A stretch of 64,000 nucleotides of DNA from an uncultured Clostridium sp. (lineage in GTDB: Bacteria; Bacillota; Clostridia; TANB77; CAG-508), in assembly GCA_947648905.1 (NCBI GenBank), contig CANSPP010000007.1, positions 11,158 through 75,157 on the forward strand. Direction: 5' to 3'. Position 1 is the stretch's first letter. Each line of letters starts with the position of its first letter. Positions 41,456 to 50,780 of the stretch are shown in pieces. The notes under the pieces were generated by a model. The model had not been told where the DNA came from. It saw only the letters and a list, made by a program, of their open reading frames with translations, and ran no database searches. A program made the translations under genes and the position numbers.

Positions 41456-42259
41456 TCAATTGTATTTTTCAATTAATATCACTGTTCTCCCGCTTCTTGT
41501 AGTACCTGTAAACTCTTTTACAACAAACCTACCTTTTCCACGAATTGTAATTATATCTCCTAGTTTTATTGCCTTTGACAATTTTGTTTCGTTTTGGCCA
41601 TTAACAAAAACTCTTTCTTGCTCAATAATTTGGGCCGCCTTGCTTCTAGAAGTTTTAGCTAAGTCTGATACAATATTATCAAGTCTTAATGATGGTACAA
41701 TTATTTTTACTTGTTCCATATTTACTTCTTTTTTTCTTAAGTTACTTATTTCTTCTATTGTTATTTCACTTTTTTCAAAACGTGTAAGAGAACCTAACTC
41801 ATTTCTTAAAATCTCTGCAAATTCCTCAACTACAATAATATCTGCCCCATCTGGTTGAACTAATATGTCTCCTACCTTTTCTCTTTTTAGTCCTAATTTT
41901 ACAATCCCACCTAAATAATTTCTATGTGCATATTTTCCGTGGTCTTCCTCTGGAAGCTTTACTCTAATTATTTTTAGCATCTTATTATAGTTCTTTTTTA
42001 ACATATCTTCATTATATTTTTCTGGATATATGATTAATATTTTTCTTTCGCTATCTTCATATCCACCATATAATTTGTAATTTTCTATCTTGTTTTTTCT
42101 TAAAAAATTTTGTACTAATGATATTTGATACATATCTAAAAATTCTGTTTTTTCGATTTTCTCACGTGTTTTAGAAAATTCTATTTTGTCTAAAACTTGT
42201 GATAAGCACATTTTATCCTCTTGCTTTTTATAATCTTTTAAAAGCTCTTGTTTGTTCAT
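41456..42259 (-). CDS. YlmH-like RNA-binding S4-domain protein
   Basis: Start chosen at MNKQELLKDY (ATG 42259). C-terminal S4 domain (LRLDNIVSDLAKTSRSKAAQIIEQERVFVNG). Confidence 0.8.
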   Translation of the reverse strand: MNKQELLKDYKKQEDKMCLSQVLDKIEFSKTREKIEKTEFLDMYQISLVQNFLRKNKIENYKLYGGYEDSERKILIIYPEKYNEDMLKKNYNKMLKIIRVKLPEEDHGKYAHRNYLGGIVKLGLKREKVGDILVQPDGADIIVVEEFAEILRNELGSLTRFEKSEITIEEISNLRKKEVNMEQVKIIVPSLRLDNIVSDLAKTSRSKAAQIIEQERVFVNGQNETKLSKAIKLGDIITIRGKGRFVVKEFTGTTRSGRTVILIEKYN

Positions 42260-42278
42260 TTCCTTTCCCTTTCTGAAT

Positions 42279-44147
42279 TTATATTTTAACCATATAATCA
42301 GCATTCACTATGTCGTTGGCTATACTTTCTGCATCTTGTCCATATAATTTTTCTAGTTCATCTACTGTTCCATGTTGTATAAAATTATCTGGATATGCAT
42401 AGTTTCTAACTTCAATATTTTCTAGATTTTCATCTACTATTAATTCTTTTACAGCTGTTCCTAGCCCATTTATTATTGTTCCATCTTCTAATGTTATTAT
42501 TCTTCTTGTTTTTTCAATTGATGTCTTTATTGTTTCTTTATCCAATGGTTTTAAAAATCTTGCATTTATTACTTCTGTGCTGACATTTTCTTTTTCTAAC
42601 ATTTTTGCAATAATTTGTGCTCTTTCTACTGTTTTTCCAATTGCTAAAATCGTTATATCATTTCCTTGTTTTAATATTTCAGCTTTTCCTAATTCTATTT
42701 TTTCATTTGACTCTATTTCTTCTTTACCTTGTCCACCTCTTGGATATCTTATAACAACTGGTTTATTTAAATTTACCGCAAACTCTAGCATATCTTCTAA
42801 TTCTTTAAAGTTTTTTGGTGCCATTATTGTTAGGTTTGGCACTAGCCTGAAGAATGACATATCAAATTGACCTTGGTGTGTTTCTCCGTCTGCACCTACT
42901 ATTCCTGCTCTATCTACACACATAACAACTGGTAAATTTTGAAGGGCAATGTCGTGAATTACTTGGTCATATGCTCTTTGATAAAATGATGAGTAAATTG
43001 GAACTACTGGAATAACTCCATCTTTTGCCATTCCTGCTGCTAAACCTAAAGCGTGTTGCTCTGCAATTCCTATATCGAAAAATCTATCTGGAAATTCCTT
43101 TTGAAACTTTCCTAATCCTGTTCCATCTTTCATTGACGCAGTTATTGCAACTATTCTATTATCTTTTTTAGCCAATTCTACTAGCTTGTTTCCAAATATT
43201 TTAGAATAGTCATCACCTTTTGCCTTCTTAGGTTTACCTGTTTCTATATCAAATGGCCCTGTTGCGTGGAATTTATCTGGATTTTCTTCTGCTATTTTAT
43301 ATCCTTTTCCCTTTTTAGTTAAAACGTGTAATAAAACTGGTCCATCTAGCTCTTTGCTTATTTTTAACATTCTTTCTAATTCTGCTATATTATGTCCATC
43401 TACTGGTCCTAAATATCTAAAACCTATATCTTCAAAAAACATCTTTGGAATTACTAGTTGTTTTATACTTCTCTTCATTCTTTGAACTATTTTAACAGTT
43501 GGCTTTCCAATTACAGGTATTTTACTTATAATTTTCTTTCCTGAAATATTAGACTTTGTATATGTTCTTCTAGTTCTCAATTTACTTAGCAACATATTTA
43601 TTCCACCAATATTTTTAGAAATACTCATTTCATTATCATTTAAAATTACTGTTAATTTTGCCTTGCTACAACCTGCATCATTTAAAGCTTCTAAAGCCAT
43701 TCCACCTGTTAAAGCACCATCACCTATTACAGCTAAAACGTGATTATCCTCTTTCTTTATATCCCTTGCTCTCGCCATACCTAAAGCTGCTGAAATTGAA
43801 GTACTACTATGCCCTGTATTAAAGCAATCTGCTTCGCACTCATTCGTCTTTGGGAAACCTGCTATTCCGTTTAACTTTCTTATATTTTTTAGTTCTTCTC
43901 TTCTTCCAGTTATAATTTTGTGTACATATGTCTGATGACCTACGTCCCATACAATCTTATCTTTAGGCAAATCAAACACTGTATGTAATGCAATCGTTAA
44001 CTCCACTACTCCTAAGTTTGATGCTAAATGCCCACCATTTTCTGATACGACTTCTAATATGTATTTTCTTATTTCTTCTGCTAATTTCTTTTGTTCTTCT
44101 ATATTTAACCTTTTTACATCTTCTGCTGAATTTATTTTTTCTAACAT
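42279..44147 (-). CDS. dxs: 1-deoxy-D-xylulose-5-phosphate synthase
   Basis: 622 aa. Thiamine diphosphate motif GDGALTGGMALEALN. Confidence 0.96.
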   Translation of the reverse strand: MLEKINSAEDVKRLNIEEQKKLAEEIRKYILEVVSENGGHLASNLGVVELTIALHTVFDLPKDKIVWDVGHQTYVHKIITGRREELKNIRKLNGIAGFPKTNECEADCFNTGHSSTSISAALGMARARDIKKEDNHVLAVIGDGALTGGMALEALNDAGCSKAKLTVILNDNEMSISKNIGGINMLLSKLRTRRTYTKSNISGKKIISKIPVIGKPTVKIVQRMKRSIKQLVIPKMFFEDIGFRYLGPVDGHNIAELERMLKISKELDGPVLLHVLTKKGKGYKIAEENPDKFHATGPFDIETGKPKKAKGDDYSKIFGNKLVELAKKDNRIVAITASMKDGTGLGKFQKEFPDRFFDIGIAEQHALGLAAGMAKDGVIPVVPIYSSFYQRAYDQVIHDIALQNLPVVMCVDRAGIVGADGETHQGQFDMSFFRLVPNLTIMAPKNFKELEDMLEFAVNLNKPVVIRYPRGGQGKEEIESNEKIELGKAEILKQGNDITILAIGKTVERAQIIAKMLEKENVSTEVINARFLKPLDKETIKTSIEKTRRIITLEDGTIINGLGTAVKELIVDENLENIEVRNYAYPDNFIQHGTVDELEKLYGQDAESIANDIVNADYMVKI

Positions 44148-44272
44148 ATTTCATCACCTTTTTTGTTTTTTAGCTTTTAGATTATACCATATTTACTAGC
44201 TAAAAACAAGTCTCCACTTCTTGCCAGTGGATACGGTCCTTCTTGCTATGCTATCAACAAAAGTAATAATGA

Positions 44273-44303
44273 TGTCCAAAAAGGAAACGTCCCCAATTGG
44301 ACA
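44273..44303. repeat. GGGGACG-core repeat, subfamily A, solo copy
   Basis: TGTCCAAAAAGGAAACGTCCCCAATTGGACA lies 5 nt downstream of the clpC stop. A degenerate B-like stretch, TTGCCAGTGGATACGGTCC, is at 44221..44239. Confidence 0.85.
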
Positions 44304-44307
44304 TTTC

Positions 44308-46758
44308 CTAATTTGATACTACTACTTTTTCATCTTTTACTCCAATTTTAGCTGGAGTATCTTTCTTCAAATTACCATCTAAAATTTCTTCAGCAAGCCT
44401 ATCTTCAAGTACACTTTGAATAGTTCTACGTAATGGTCTTGCTCCAAAGTTTTTATCAATTCCCTTATTTGCAATTAATTTTTTTACTTCTGGTTCTAGC
44501 TCTATTTTTATCTTTTGAGCTTCTAGTCTATTTACCACTTCTTTTAGCATTATATCAATTATTTGATTTACTTCATTGTCAGTTAATTTATGGAATACAA
44601 TTATTTCGTCAATACGATTAATAAATTCTGGGCGTAGTTCACGTTTCAATGTTTCCATTACTTGTTTTTTTGTTTCTTCATATTCTTTTTTGCTACTATC
44701 TTCTGTTTCTCCTGTTTTTGTAAATCCTAATGTTTTTTTGTCTGTTATTAGTCTTGCTCCTATGTTTGATGTCATTATTATTACTGTGTTTTTAAAGTTG
44801 ACTGTTCTTCCGTTTGAGTCTGTAAGCCTTCCGTCTTCTAGTATTTGTAGCAACATATTCATTACGTCTGGATGTGCTTTTTCTATTTCGTCAAATAAGA
44901 TTACTGAATATGGTTTTCTTCTTATTTTTTCTGTTAGTTGACCACCTTCGTCAAAGCCTACATATCCTGGAGGTGAGCCTATTAATTTTGATACTGAGTG
45001 TGGTTCCATATATTCTGACATATCTACTCTTATCATAGAGCTTTCATCTCCAAATAGTACCTCTGCTAATGCTTTTGATAATTCTGTTTTTCCTACCCCT
45101 GTTGGTCCTAAGAATAGGAATGAACCTATTGGTCTGTTTGGGTCTTTTAGTCCCACTCTTCCTCTTCTTATTGCTTTTGCTACTGCTGATACAGCTTCTT
45201 CTTGTCCAATTACTCTTTCGTGTAAGTTTTTTTCAAGATTTTTTAATTTTTCGTTTTCGTCCTCTGTTATTTTATTTGCTGGTATTCCAGTCCAACTCGC
45301 AATTACTTCTGCAATATTTTCCTCTGTTATATTTGTAATTGCTTTTGTTTTTTTGTTTTTCCATTTTTTTAGTTCTGCTTCATATGTTTCTTTTAATTCT
45401 TTTTGTTTGTCACGTAGCTTAGCTGCTTTTTCAAACTTTTGTATTCTAACAGCTTCTTCTTTGTTTTTTGCTACTTCTTCTATTTCTTCTTCTAATTTTT
45501 TTAGTTTGTCTGGTTCTGTATATGATTTCAATTTTGCTTTTGATGCTGCCTCATCTATTAAGTCTATTGCTTTGTCTGGCAAATATCTATCATTTATATA
45601 TCTTGTTGACATTTTTACTGCTGCTTCAATTGCTTCGTCTGTTATTTTTACTCCGTGATGTGCTTCATATTTGTCTCTAATTCCTTGTAATATTTTTATT
45701 GTGTCTTTTGAGCTTGGTTCGTTTACAGTTACTGGGCTAAATCTTCTTTCTAGTGCTGCATCTTTTTCTATATATTTTCTGTATTCATTTAAAGTTGTTG
45801 CTCCTATTAACTGAATTTCTCCTCTTGCAAGTAGTGGTTTTAAGATATTTGCTGCATCAATTGCACCTTCTGCTGCTCCTGCTCCTACTATTGTATGAAT
45901 TTCGTCTATAAATAAAATTATGTCTTTTGCTTTTTTCACTTCATTTAATGCCTTTTTTATTCTTTCTTCAAAATCTCCTCTATATTTACTTCCTGCAACC
46001 ATTCCAGAGATATCCATTGTTACCACTCTTTTTTCTTTTAATATTTCTGGAACATCTCCTGCAACAATTTTTTGTGCTAAACCTTCTACTGCTGCTGTTT
46101 TTCCAACTCCTGGTTCACCTATTAAACAAGGATTGTTTTTTGTTCTTCTTGATAATATTTGTATTACCCTTTCTATTTCATCTTTTCTTCCTATTATTGG
46201 GTCTAGCTTTCCTTCTTCTGCCTTCTTTGTAAGGTCTTCTCCGAATTGATTTAATGTTGGTGTTGAATTGTAACTTCCTTTTCCCTTTCCTCCTTTGGCT
46301 TTATCTTCAGACTTTGCGCTTTCTTCTCCTTCATTTATTACTTTTACTATTTCATTATATAATTTTGGTATATTTACATCTAATTCTAATAAAATTCTTG
46401 TTGCTATACTATCCGCTTCTTTTATCATTCCTATTAGAAGATGCTCTGTTCCTATATAATTAAATCCAAGTTTTCGTGCTTCTATAAATGAATTCTCAAT
46501 AACTCTTTTTGTTCTAGGAGTAAATCCAAAAGTTCCATCAATTGGGGCTTCATTACCCAATAATTCCACAATTTTATCTATAATCATATCTGATGAAATC
46601 TCTTGATTTTCCAAAACTTTATATGCAATTCCACTTCCTTCTTTAGAAAGTCCATATAAAATATGCTCTGTACCTATATAATTATGCCCTAACTCCATAG
46701 CCAAACTGCTTGCTAGCTCTATAGCCTTTTTAGCTCTATTTGTAAATTTATATGTCAT
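44308..46758 (-). CDS. clpC: ATP-dependent Clp protease ATP-binding subunit ClpC
   Basis: 816 aa. Clp N-repeat, two AAA+ modules and a UVR-like linker. Confidence 0.97.
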   Translation of the reverse strand: MTYKFTNRAKKAIELASSLAMELGHNYIGTEHILYGLSKEGSGIAYKVLENQEISSDMIIDKIVELLGNEAPIDGTFGFTPRTKRVIENSFIEARKLGFNYIGTEHLLIGMIKEADSIATRILLELDVNIPKLYNEIVKVINEGEESAKSEDKAKGGKGKGSYNSTPTLNQFGEDLTKKAEEGKLDPIIGRKDEIERVIQILSRRTKNNPCLIGEPGVGKTAAVEGLAQKIVAGDVPEILKEKRVVTMDISGMVAGSKYRGDFEERIKKALNEVKKAKDIILFIDEIHTIVGAGAAEGAIDAANILKPLLARGEIQLIGATTLNEYRKYIEKDAALERRFSPVTVNEPSSKDTIKILQGIRDKYEAHHGVKITDEAIEAAVKMSTRYINDRYLPDKAIDLIDEAASKAKLKSYTEPDKLKKLEEEIEEVAKNKEEAVRIQKFEKAAKLRDKQKELKETYEAELKKWKNKKTKAITNITEENIAEVIASWTGIPANKITEDENEKLKNLEKNLHERVIGQEEAVSAVAKAIRRGRVGLKDPNRPIGSFLFLGPTGVGKTELSKALAEVLFGDESSMIRVDMSEYMEPHSVSKLIGSPPGYVGFDEGGQLTEKIRRKPYSVILFDEIEKAHPDVMNMLLQILEDGRLTDSNGRTVNFKNTVIIMTSNIGARLITDKKTLGFTKTGETEDSSKKEYEETKKQVMETLKRELRPEFINRIDEIIVFHKLTDNEVNQIIDIMLKEVVNRLEAQKIKIELEPEVKKLIANKGIDKNFGARPLRRTIQSVLEDRLAEEILDGNLKKDTPAKIGVKDEKVVVSN

Positions 46759-46777
46759 AATTTTCCCTCCTTAATTC

Positions 46778-46806
46778 CTGCCATTGGGGACGGAGATTAA
46801 TGGCAG
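46778..46806. repeat. GGGGACG-core repeat, subfamily B, solo copy between mcsB and clpC
   Basis: CTGCCATTGGGGACGGAGATTAATGGCAG, with stem CTGCCATT/AATGGCAG. Confidence 0.85.
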
Positions 46807-46810
46807 ATTT

Positions 46811-47806
46811 TTAATTTTCTTTTATAATTTGCTTAATTACTTCTGCTCTTTTTATTTCTAGTTCTTCTTTATCATATTTTTGCCCTAGATATTTTTGTAA
46901 ATTTGCTGGTTTACTATATAAATATAATTTTTGCACTTTAACATCTGTAAGCTCGTCTAATATTCCTAAGTCCACTCCTAGTTTTATATTTGATAAAAGT
47001 TCTATTTCTTCTTCGCTTGATATTTTTCTGCAATTTGATAATATTCCAAAACTCCTATATATTAAATCACTTAGGTTTATTTCGTCTTGTGCTATTAATT
47101 TTCTTGCTTGTCTTTCTTGCTCAATTACTGTTTGCACAATTACTTTTAAGTTTTTTACTATTTCTTTTTCGCTTATTCCTAGTGTTTTTTTATTTGAGAT
47201 TTGATACATGTCCCCTTTGCCTTTATAGACTTCTTTTATGTTGATGCCAAAATCTCCAATTGCATCAAATACTTTTCTTGTATTTCTCGTTTTAGAAATA
47301 GCTGGTAAATGTACTCTAACAGAAGCTTTAAGTCCTGTTCCTATATTGCTTGGTGAACTTGTTAGGTATCCATATTTTTTATTTACTGCATATCCTAACA
47401 ATTCCCCTATTTTTTCGTCTAATTCTATTGCTAAATTTAGTGTATTTTCTAGGTCTAACCCAGCACTAAATACTTGTATTTTTAGATGGTCTTCTCCACC
47501 TATCATAATACAAATATTTTCTTCATCATTTATTAGAATACTTCCATATCTTTTTATTGAAAAGCTTGAACTTATTAATTCTTTTTCTACTAGGCTCTTT
47601 TTTGTTATTTCATCCATATCTTGTAATCTTAAAAATTTTAGTCCATATCCAATATCATACAAGTTTTCTTTTACTTTATTTTCTAACTTTTCTATTTCTT
47701 CTTTGCTTTTTAAGTTAAATTTGAATTCACTTAAATTTCTTGAAAATTTGATTTTCGTACTTTTTACTACATCTGAATTTTCGTTACTATATAAATACCA
47801 ATTCAT
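46811..47806 (-). CDS. mcsB: protein arginine kinase McsB
   Basis: ATG:guanido phosphotransferase domain. Start preferred at MNWYLYSNENSD (47806), because the track start at 47836 lies inside a repeat element. Confidence 0.9.
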   Translation of the reverse strand: MNWYLYSNENSDVVKSTKIKFSRNLSEFKFNLKSKEEIEKLENKVKENLYDIGYGLKFLRLQDMDEITKKSLVEKELISSSFSIKRYGSILINDEENICIMIGGEDHLKIQVFSAGLDLENTLNLAIELDEKIGELLGYAVNKKYGYLTSSPSNIGTGLKASVRVHLPAISKTRNTRKVFDAIGDFGINIKEVYKGKGDMYQISNKKTLGISEKEIVKNLKVIVQTVIEQERQARKLIAQDEINLSDLIYRSFGILSNCRKISSEEEIELLSNIKLGVDLGILDELTDVKVQKLYLYSKPANLQKYLGQKYDKEELEIKRAEVIKQIIKEN

Positions 47807-47828
47807 TTTTTCAATTCCTTTCTTTAAT

Positions 47829-47891
47829 CCTGCCATGGGGGACGGTCCTTTTTAGCAGATTTCTGCCATTAAGGTCCGTCCCTGTTGGCAG
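47829..47891. repeat. GGGGACG-core repeat, subfamily B, inverted pair between mcsA and mcsB
   Basis: CCTGCCATGGGGGACGGTCCTTTTTAGCAG and CTGCCATTAAGGTCCGTCCCTGTTGGCAG. The first copy supplies the ATG used by the ORF track for mcsB. Confidence 0.85.
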
Positions 47892-47892
47892 A

Positions 47893-48441
47893 TTATTTTT
47901 CTAATTTTTTTATTTCGTCTCTTATTTTTGCAGCATCTTCGTATCTTTCTTCTTCTATTGCTTTTTTCAAGTTTTCTTTTAATTTTTCTATTTCTGTTTG
48001 TTCTTTTGATTTTTTGTCGTTTTCCTTTTTATTTTCTTCTGGGACTACAATTTTACTGTCTATTACTTTCCCAATTCTTCCTATATGATTCTCTGCTCCT
48101 TGAATTCTTTTTATTATTGGATTTAGGTGTTCTTCAAATACTGTATAGCAATTTTGACATCCTAATCTTCCTGTTTTTACTATATCATCAAAAGTATATC
48201 CGCAGTTTTCACATTTTAGTGTTTTTACGTCATTTAAAAATGGCATAAATTCTTGATTTTCAAATTCTTCAAAAAATCCACTAAAGAAGTTTGGAAAGTC
48301 AATTGGCATATTGAAGTCAAATTTGTTTATTCCTAGTTTTTGACTACATTCTTCACATAAATTTAATTCCTTTTTTCTTCCGTTTATATTTTCTTGATAT
48401 CTTACATTTGCTTCTCTTTTTCCACAATTATCACATAACAT
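47893..48441 (-). CDS. mcsA: McsA, zinc-finger activator of McsB with a UVR motif
   Basis: 182 aa. CxxC pairs (CDNCGK, CEEC, CENCG, CQNC) and a C-terminal UVR-like EERYEDAAKIRDEIKKLE. Confidence 0.9.
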   Translation of the reverse strand: MLCDNCGKREANVRYQENINGRKKELNLCEECSQKLGINKFDFNMPIDFPNFFSGFFEEFENQEFMPFLNDVKTLKCENCGYTFDDIVKTGRLGCQNCYTVFEEHLNPIIKRIQGAENHIGRIGKVIDSKIVVPEENKKENDKKSKEQTEIEKLKENLKKAIEEERYEDAAKIRDEIKKLEK

Positions 48442-48453
48442 ATCTCTTTCCTC

Positions 48454-48900
48454 CTATTCTAAATTCAATATCATATTTTTAAATATTCTTGCTCTCACTT
48501 GGTCTTTTATCTCTTTTGGTAATTTTAGTACGTTGTCACTTGTTGCAACTTTTAGAAGCTTTGCTTCTTTGCTTGTTATTAAATTGTATGATAGAAAATC
48601 ACTTATTAATATATCAACTTCATTTGATGTTAGGTTATTTTCTATGTTTTCTATTATGTGCATTATATATTCTTCTTTGCTGTTGCTTACTTTCCTTATT
48701 GTGATATGTCCTCCACCACCTCTTCTACTTTCTACATAGTATCCTTGTGATGGTTTAAATCTTGTTGATATTACATAGTTTATTTGTGATGGTACACAGT
48801 TAAATTGTTCTGCTAATTCGTTTCTTCGTATTTCTATTGCTTCGTTTTCTTCATCAAATAAATCTTTGATGAATTCTTCTATTAAATCTGACATTCTCAT
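48454..48900 (-). CDS. ctsR: class III stress gene repressor CtsR
   Basis: Start at MRMSDLIEEFIK (48900). Typical CtsR with RRGGGGHI. Two CtsR boxes lie upstream. Confidence 0.93.
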   Translation of the reverse strand: MRMSDLIEEFIKDLFDEENEAIEIRRNELAEQFNCVPSQINYVISTRFKPSQGYYVESRRGGGGHITIRKVSNSKEEYIMHIIENIENNLTSNEVDILISDFLSYNLITSKEAKLLKVATSDNVLKLPKEIKDQVRARIFKNMILNLE

Positions 48901-48930
48901 TTTATTTTCTCCCTTCATTTGTAAGTTGAC

Positions 48931-48947
48931 TTTGACTTTCTTTGACC
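48931..48947 (-). promoter_or_regulatory. CtsR operator (promoter-proximal)
   Basis: The minus strand reads GGTCAAAGAAAGTCAAA, matching the CtsR heptad direct-repeat consensus (A/GGTCAAA NAN A/GGTCAAA). It lies just downstream of the -10. Confidence 0.85.
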
Positions 48948-48956
48948 TACAATATT

Positions 48957-48984
48957 ATTATACTACCCTTAAAAAATTTTTCAA
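48957..48984 (-). promoter_or_regulatory. sigma-A type promoter of the ctsR operon
   Basis: Minus strand: TTGAAA, 16 nt, TATAAT. Flanked by the two CtsR boxes. Confidence 0.6.
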
Positions 48985-48991
48985 GGGCTTT

Positions 48992-49008
48992 TTTGACTTT
49001 CTTTGACC
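48992..49008 (-). promoter_or_regulatory. CtsR operator (promoter-distal)
   Basis: An identical 17-mer, GGTCAAAGAAAGTCAAA, upstream of the -35. Confidence 0.85.
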
Positions 49009-49031
49009 TTTATCGTTCTTTTTCTTTTTAT

Positions 49032-49187
49032 TTATCTCTCTTTTTCTTCGTTTTTCTCACTTTTTGTCATATTTTCTAACTTTTCCACTACATTTTTTTG
49101 TTTCTCGGGTGGTACCCAAGCAAAGTATGTTGAGATGAATTCTCCATATTTAGTTACATCTTCCCCATGTTCTTCTTTTCTTTCCAT
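49032..49187 (-). CDS. small acidic hypothetical protein
   Basis: About 51 aa from MERKEEHGEDVTKYGEFISTYFAWVPPEKQ, after an AAGAGG RBS. Unknown family. Confidence 0.35.
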   Translation of the reverse strand: MERKEEHGEDVTKYGEFISTYFAWVPPEKQKNVVEKLENMTKSEKNEEKER

Positions 49188-49305
49188 ATCATACCTCTTT
49201 ATTTTTAATTTCATATTATATGTATTTACACTTTTTTATATTTTTATACTTGTTTTATTTAAATATATAGGCATTTTTTCTTACAGAGTTTCTGTTATTG
49301 GCATA

Positions 49306-49334
49306 TTGAAACTTACTTAAAAATATGTTATAAT
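49306..49334 (+). promoter_or_regulatory. sigma-A type promoter of the nfeD-SPFH operon
   Basis: TTGAAA (49306..49311), a 17 nt spacer, then an extended -10, TGTTATAAT (49326..49334). Confidence 0.6.
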
Positions 49335-49369
49335 ATCATTAGTTGGTAAATTTAAGGAGGATTAATTAT

Positions 49370-49795
49370 ATGTGGTACATTTGGTTAATTATGGCAGGAA
49401 TATTTTTAGTAGTAGAAATTATAACAGTAGGTTTTTTAATTTTTTGGCTATCAATTGGTTCACTACTTGCTATGATTACAAGTCTTTTTACAGATAATCT
49501 TGTTATACAAACAGCAGTATTTGTAATATCATCTACAATACTGATTTTTGCAACAAAGCCATTTGTAAAAAAATTTGCTACAAATAAAAATCCTATCAAA
49601 ACGAACGTATACTCTATTATAGGAAAAGATGGAATAGTAACAGAAGAAATTGACCCTATAAAAGCAATTGGGCAAATCAAAATTTCTGGAGAAGTTTGGT
49701 CTGCAATCAGCCAAGATAATCAAATTATTCCAAAAGACACTAAAATAAGAGTTGTAGAAATAAAGGGTGTAAAAGCAACTGTTGAACCTATTTAA
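49370..49795 (+). CDS. NfeD-family membrane protein
   Basis: ATG 49370 after a TAAGGAGG RBS. Hydrophobic N-half and a C-terminal OB-like domain (GQIKISGEVWSA). Paired with the SPFH gene. Confidence 0.85.
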   Translation: MWYIWLIMAGIFLVVEIITVGFLIFWLSIGSLLAMITSLFTDNLVIQTAVFVISSTILIFATKPFVKKFATNKNPIKTNVYSIIGKDGIVTEEIDPIKAIGQIKISGEVWSAISQDNQIIPKDTKIRVVEIKGVKATVEPI

Positions 49796-49836
49796 ATGAC
49801 CACTAAATTTAATATATAATAAAAGGAGGATTTATT

Positions 49837-50742
49837 ATGTGGATTTTATTAGTATTACTTGTTATTATTTTAATAATAGCAGCAGCATCAATCAAAATCG
49901 TTAAACAATCTGAGGTTTATATCATTGAAAGATTAGGTAAGTTCTATAAAGTAGCAGACGCTGGACTTACAATTATCATACCTTTCTTTGATCACGTTAG
50001 AAGTGTTGTTAGTTTAAAACAACAGACTATGGACGTTCCACCTCAAGGAGTTATTACTAAAGATAATGTTACAATTACAATAGACACTGTTGTTTTCTAT
50101 CAAATAACAGATCCAGCAAAAGCAGTTTATGAAATTCAAAGCTTAAAGAAAGGTATTGAATACCTTGCAATCACAACAATTCGTGATATCATTGGTAAAA
50201 TGGACTTAGATGAAACATTTAGTTCTAGAGATGGTATTAACAACAAATTAAGAGTTGTTTTAGATGAAGCTACTGACAGATGGGGATGTAAAATTGATAG
50301 AGTTGAAATTAAAGACATTACACCACCTGCTGACATTAGAGACGCAATGGAAAAAGAAATGAATGCAGAGAGAAATAAAAGAGCTATGATACTAGAGTCT
50401 GAAGCTCAAAGACAATCTGCTATCACTATTGCAGAAGGTAAAAAACAAGCAGCTATCTTAGAAGCAGAGGCTGACAAAGAATCTCAAATAAGAAGAGCTG
50501 ATGGTGAGGCTCAAGCTATCAAAGCTGTTGCAGAAGCAAAAGCTAAAGAAATTAAAATGGTTTATGAAGCTATGAAAAACGCAGCACCTGATGATAAATT
50601 AGTACAATTAAAATCTTTAGAAGCTTTAGAAGAAGTTGCAAAAGGTGAAGCAAATAAAGTGTTTATCCCTTTTGAAGCAACTAGTGCTTTAAGCTCACTT
50701 GGAGCAATTAAAGAAGTTTTAAAAGATGATAAGAAGAAATAA
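49837..50742 (+). CDS. SPFH/band-7 (stomatin/prohibitin-like) protein
   Basis: 301 aa. N-terminal TM helix, an SPFH domain and an Ala/Glu-rich coiled tail. Confidence 0.9.
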   Translation: MWILLVLLVIILIIAAASIKIVKQSEVYIIERLGKFYKVADAGLTIIIPFFDHVRSVVSLKQQTMDVPPQGVITKDNVTITIDTVVFYQITDPAKAVYEIQSLKKGIEYLAITTIRDIIGKMDLDETFSSRDGINNKLRVVLDEATDRWGCKIDRVEIKDITPPADIRDAMEKEMNAERNKRAMILESEAQRQSAITIAEGKKQAAILEAEADKESQIRRADGEAQAIKAVAEAKAKEIKMVYEAMKNAAPDDKLVQLKSLEALEEVAKGEANKVFIPFEATSALSSLGAIKEVLKDDKKK

Positions 50743-50750
50743 ACTTTTGA

Positions 50751-50780
50751 GACGGAGCAAAAATAGCTCCGTCCTTTTTA
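50751..50780. terminator. bidirectional terminator (SPFH gene / LRR gene)
   Basis: Stem GACGGAGC ... GCTCCGTC followed by CTTTTT. Confidence 0.8.

Noticed and set aside
47807-47836. mcsB start at 47836 (MAGLKKGIEK).
   Set aside because: That ATG is part of the repeat consensus CTGCCATGGGGGACGG. The McsB family alignment is expected to begin near MNWYLYS, so I moved the start to 47806, at moderate confidence only.
48965-48985. The short hairpin CCCTT...AAGGG upstream of ctsR, considered as a terminator.
   Set aside because: The same bases supply a well-spaced TTGAAA/TATAAT promoter flanked by CtsR boxes. The stem is only 5 bp.
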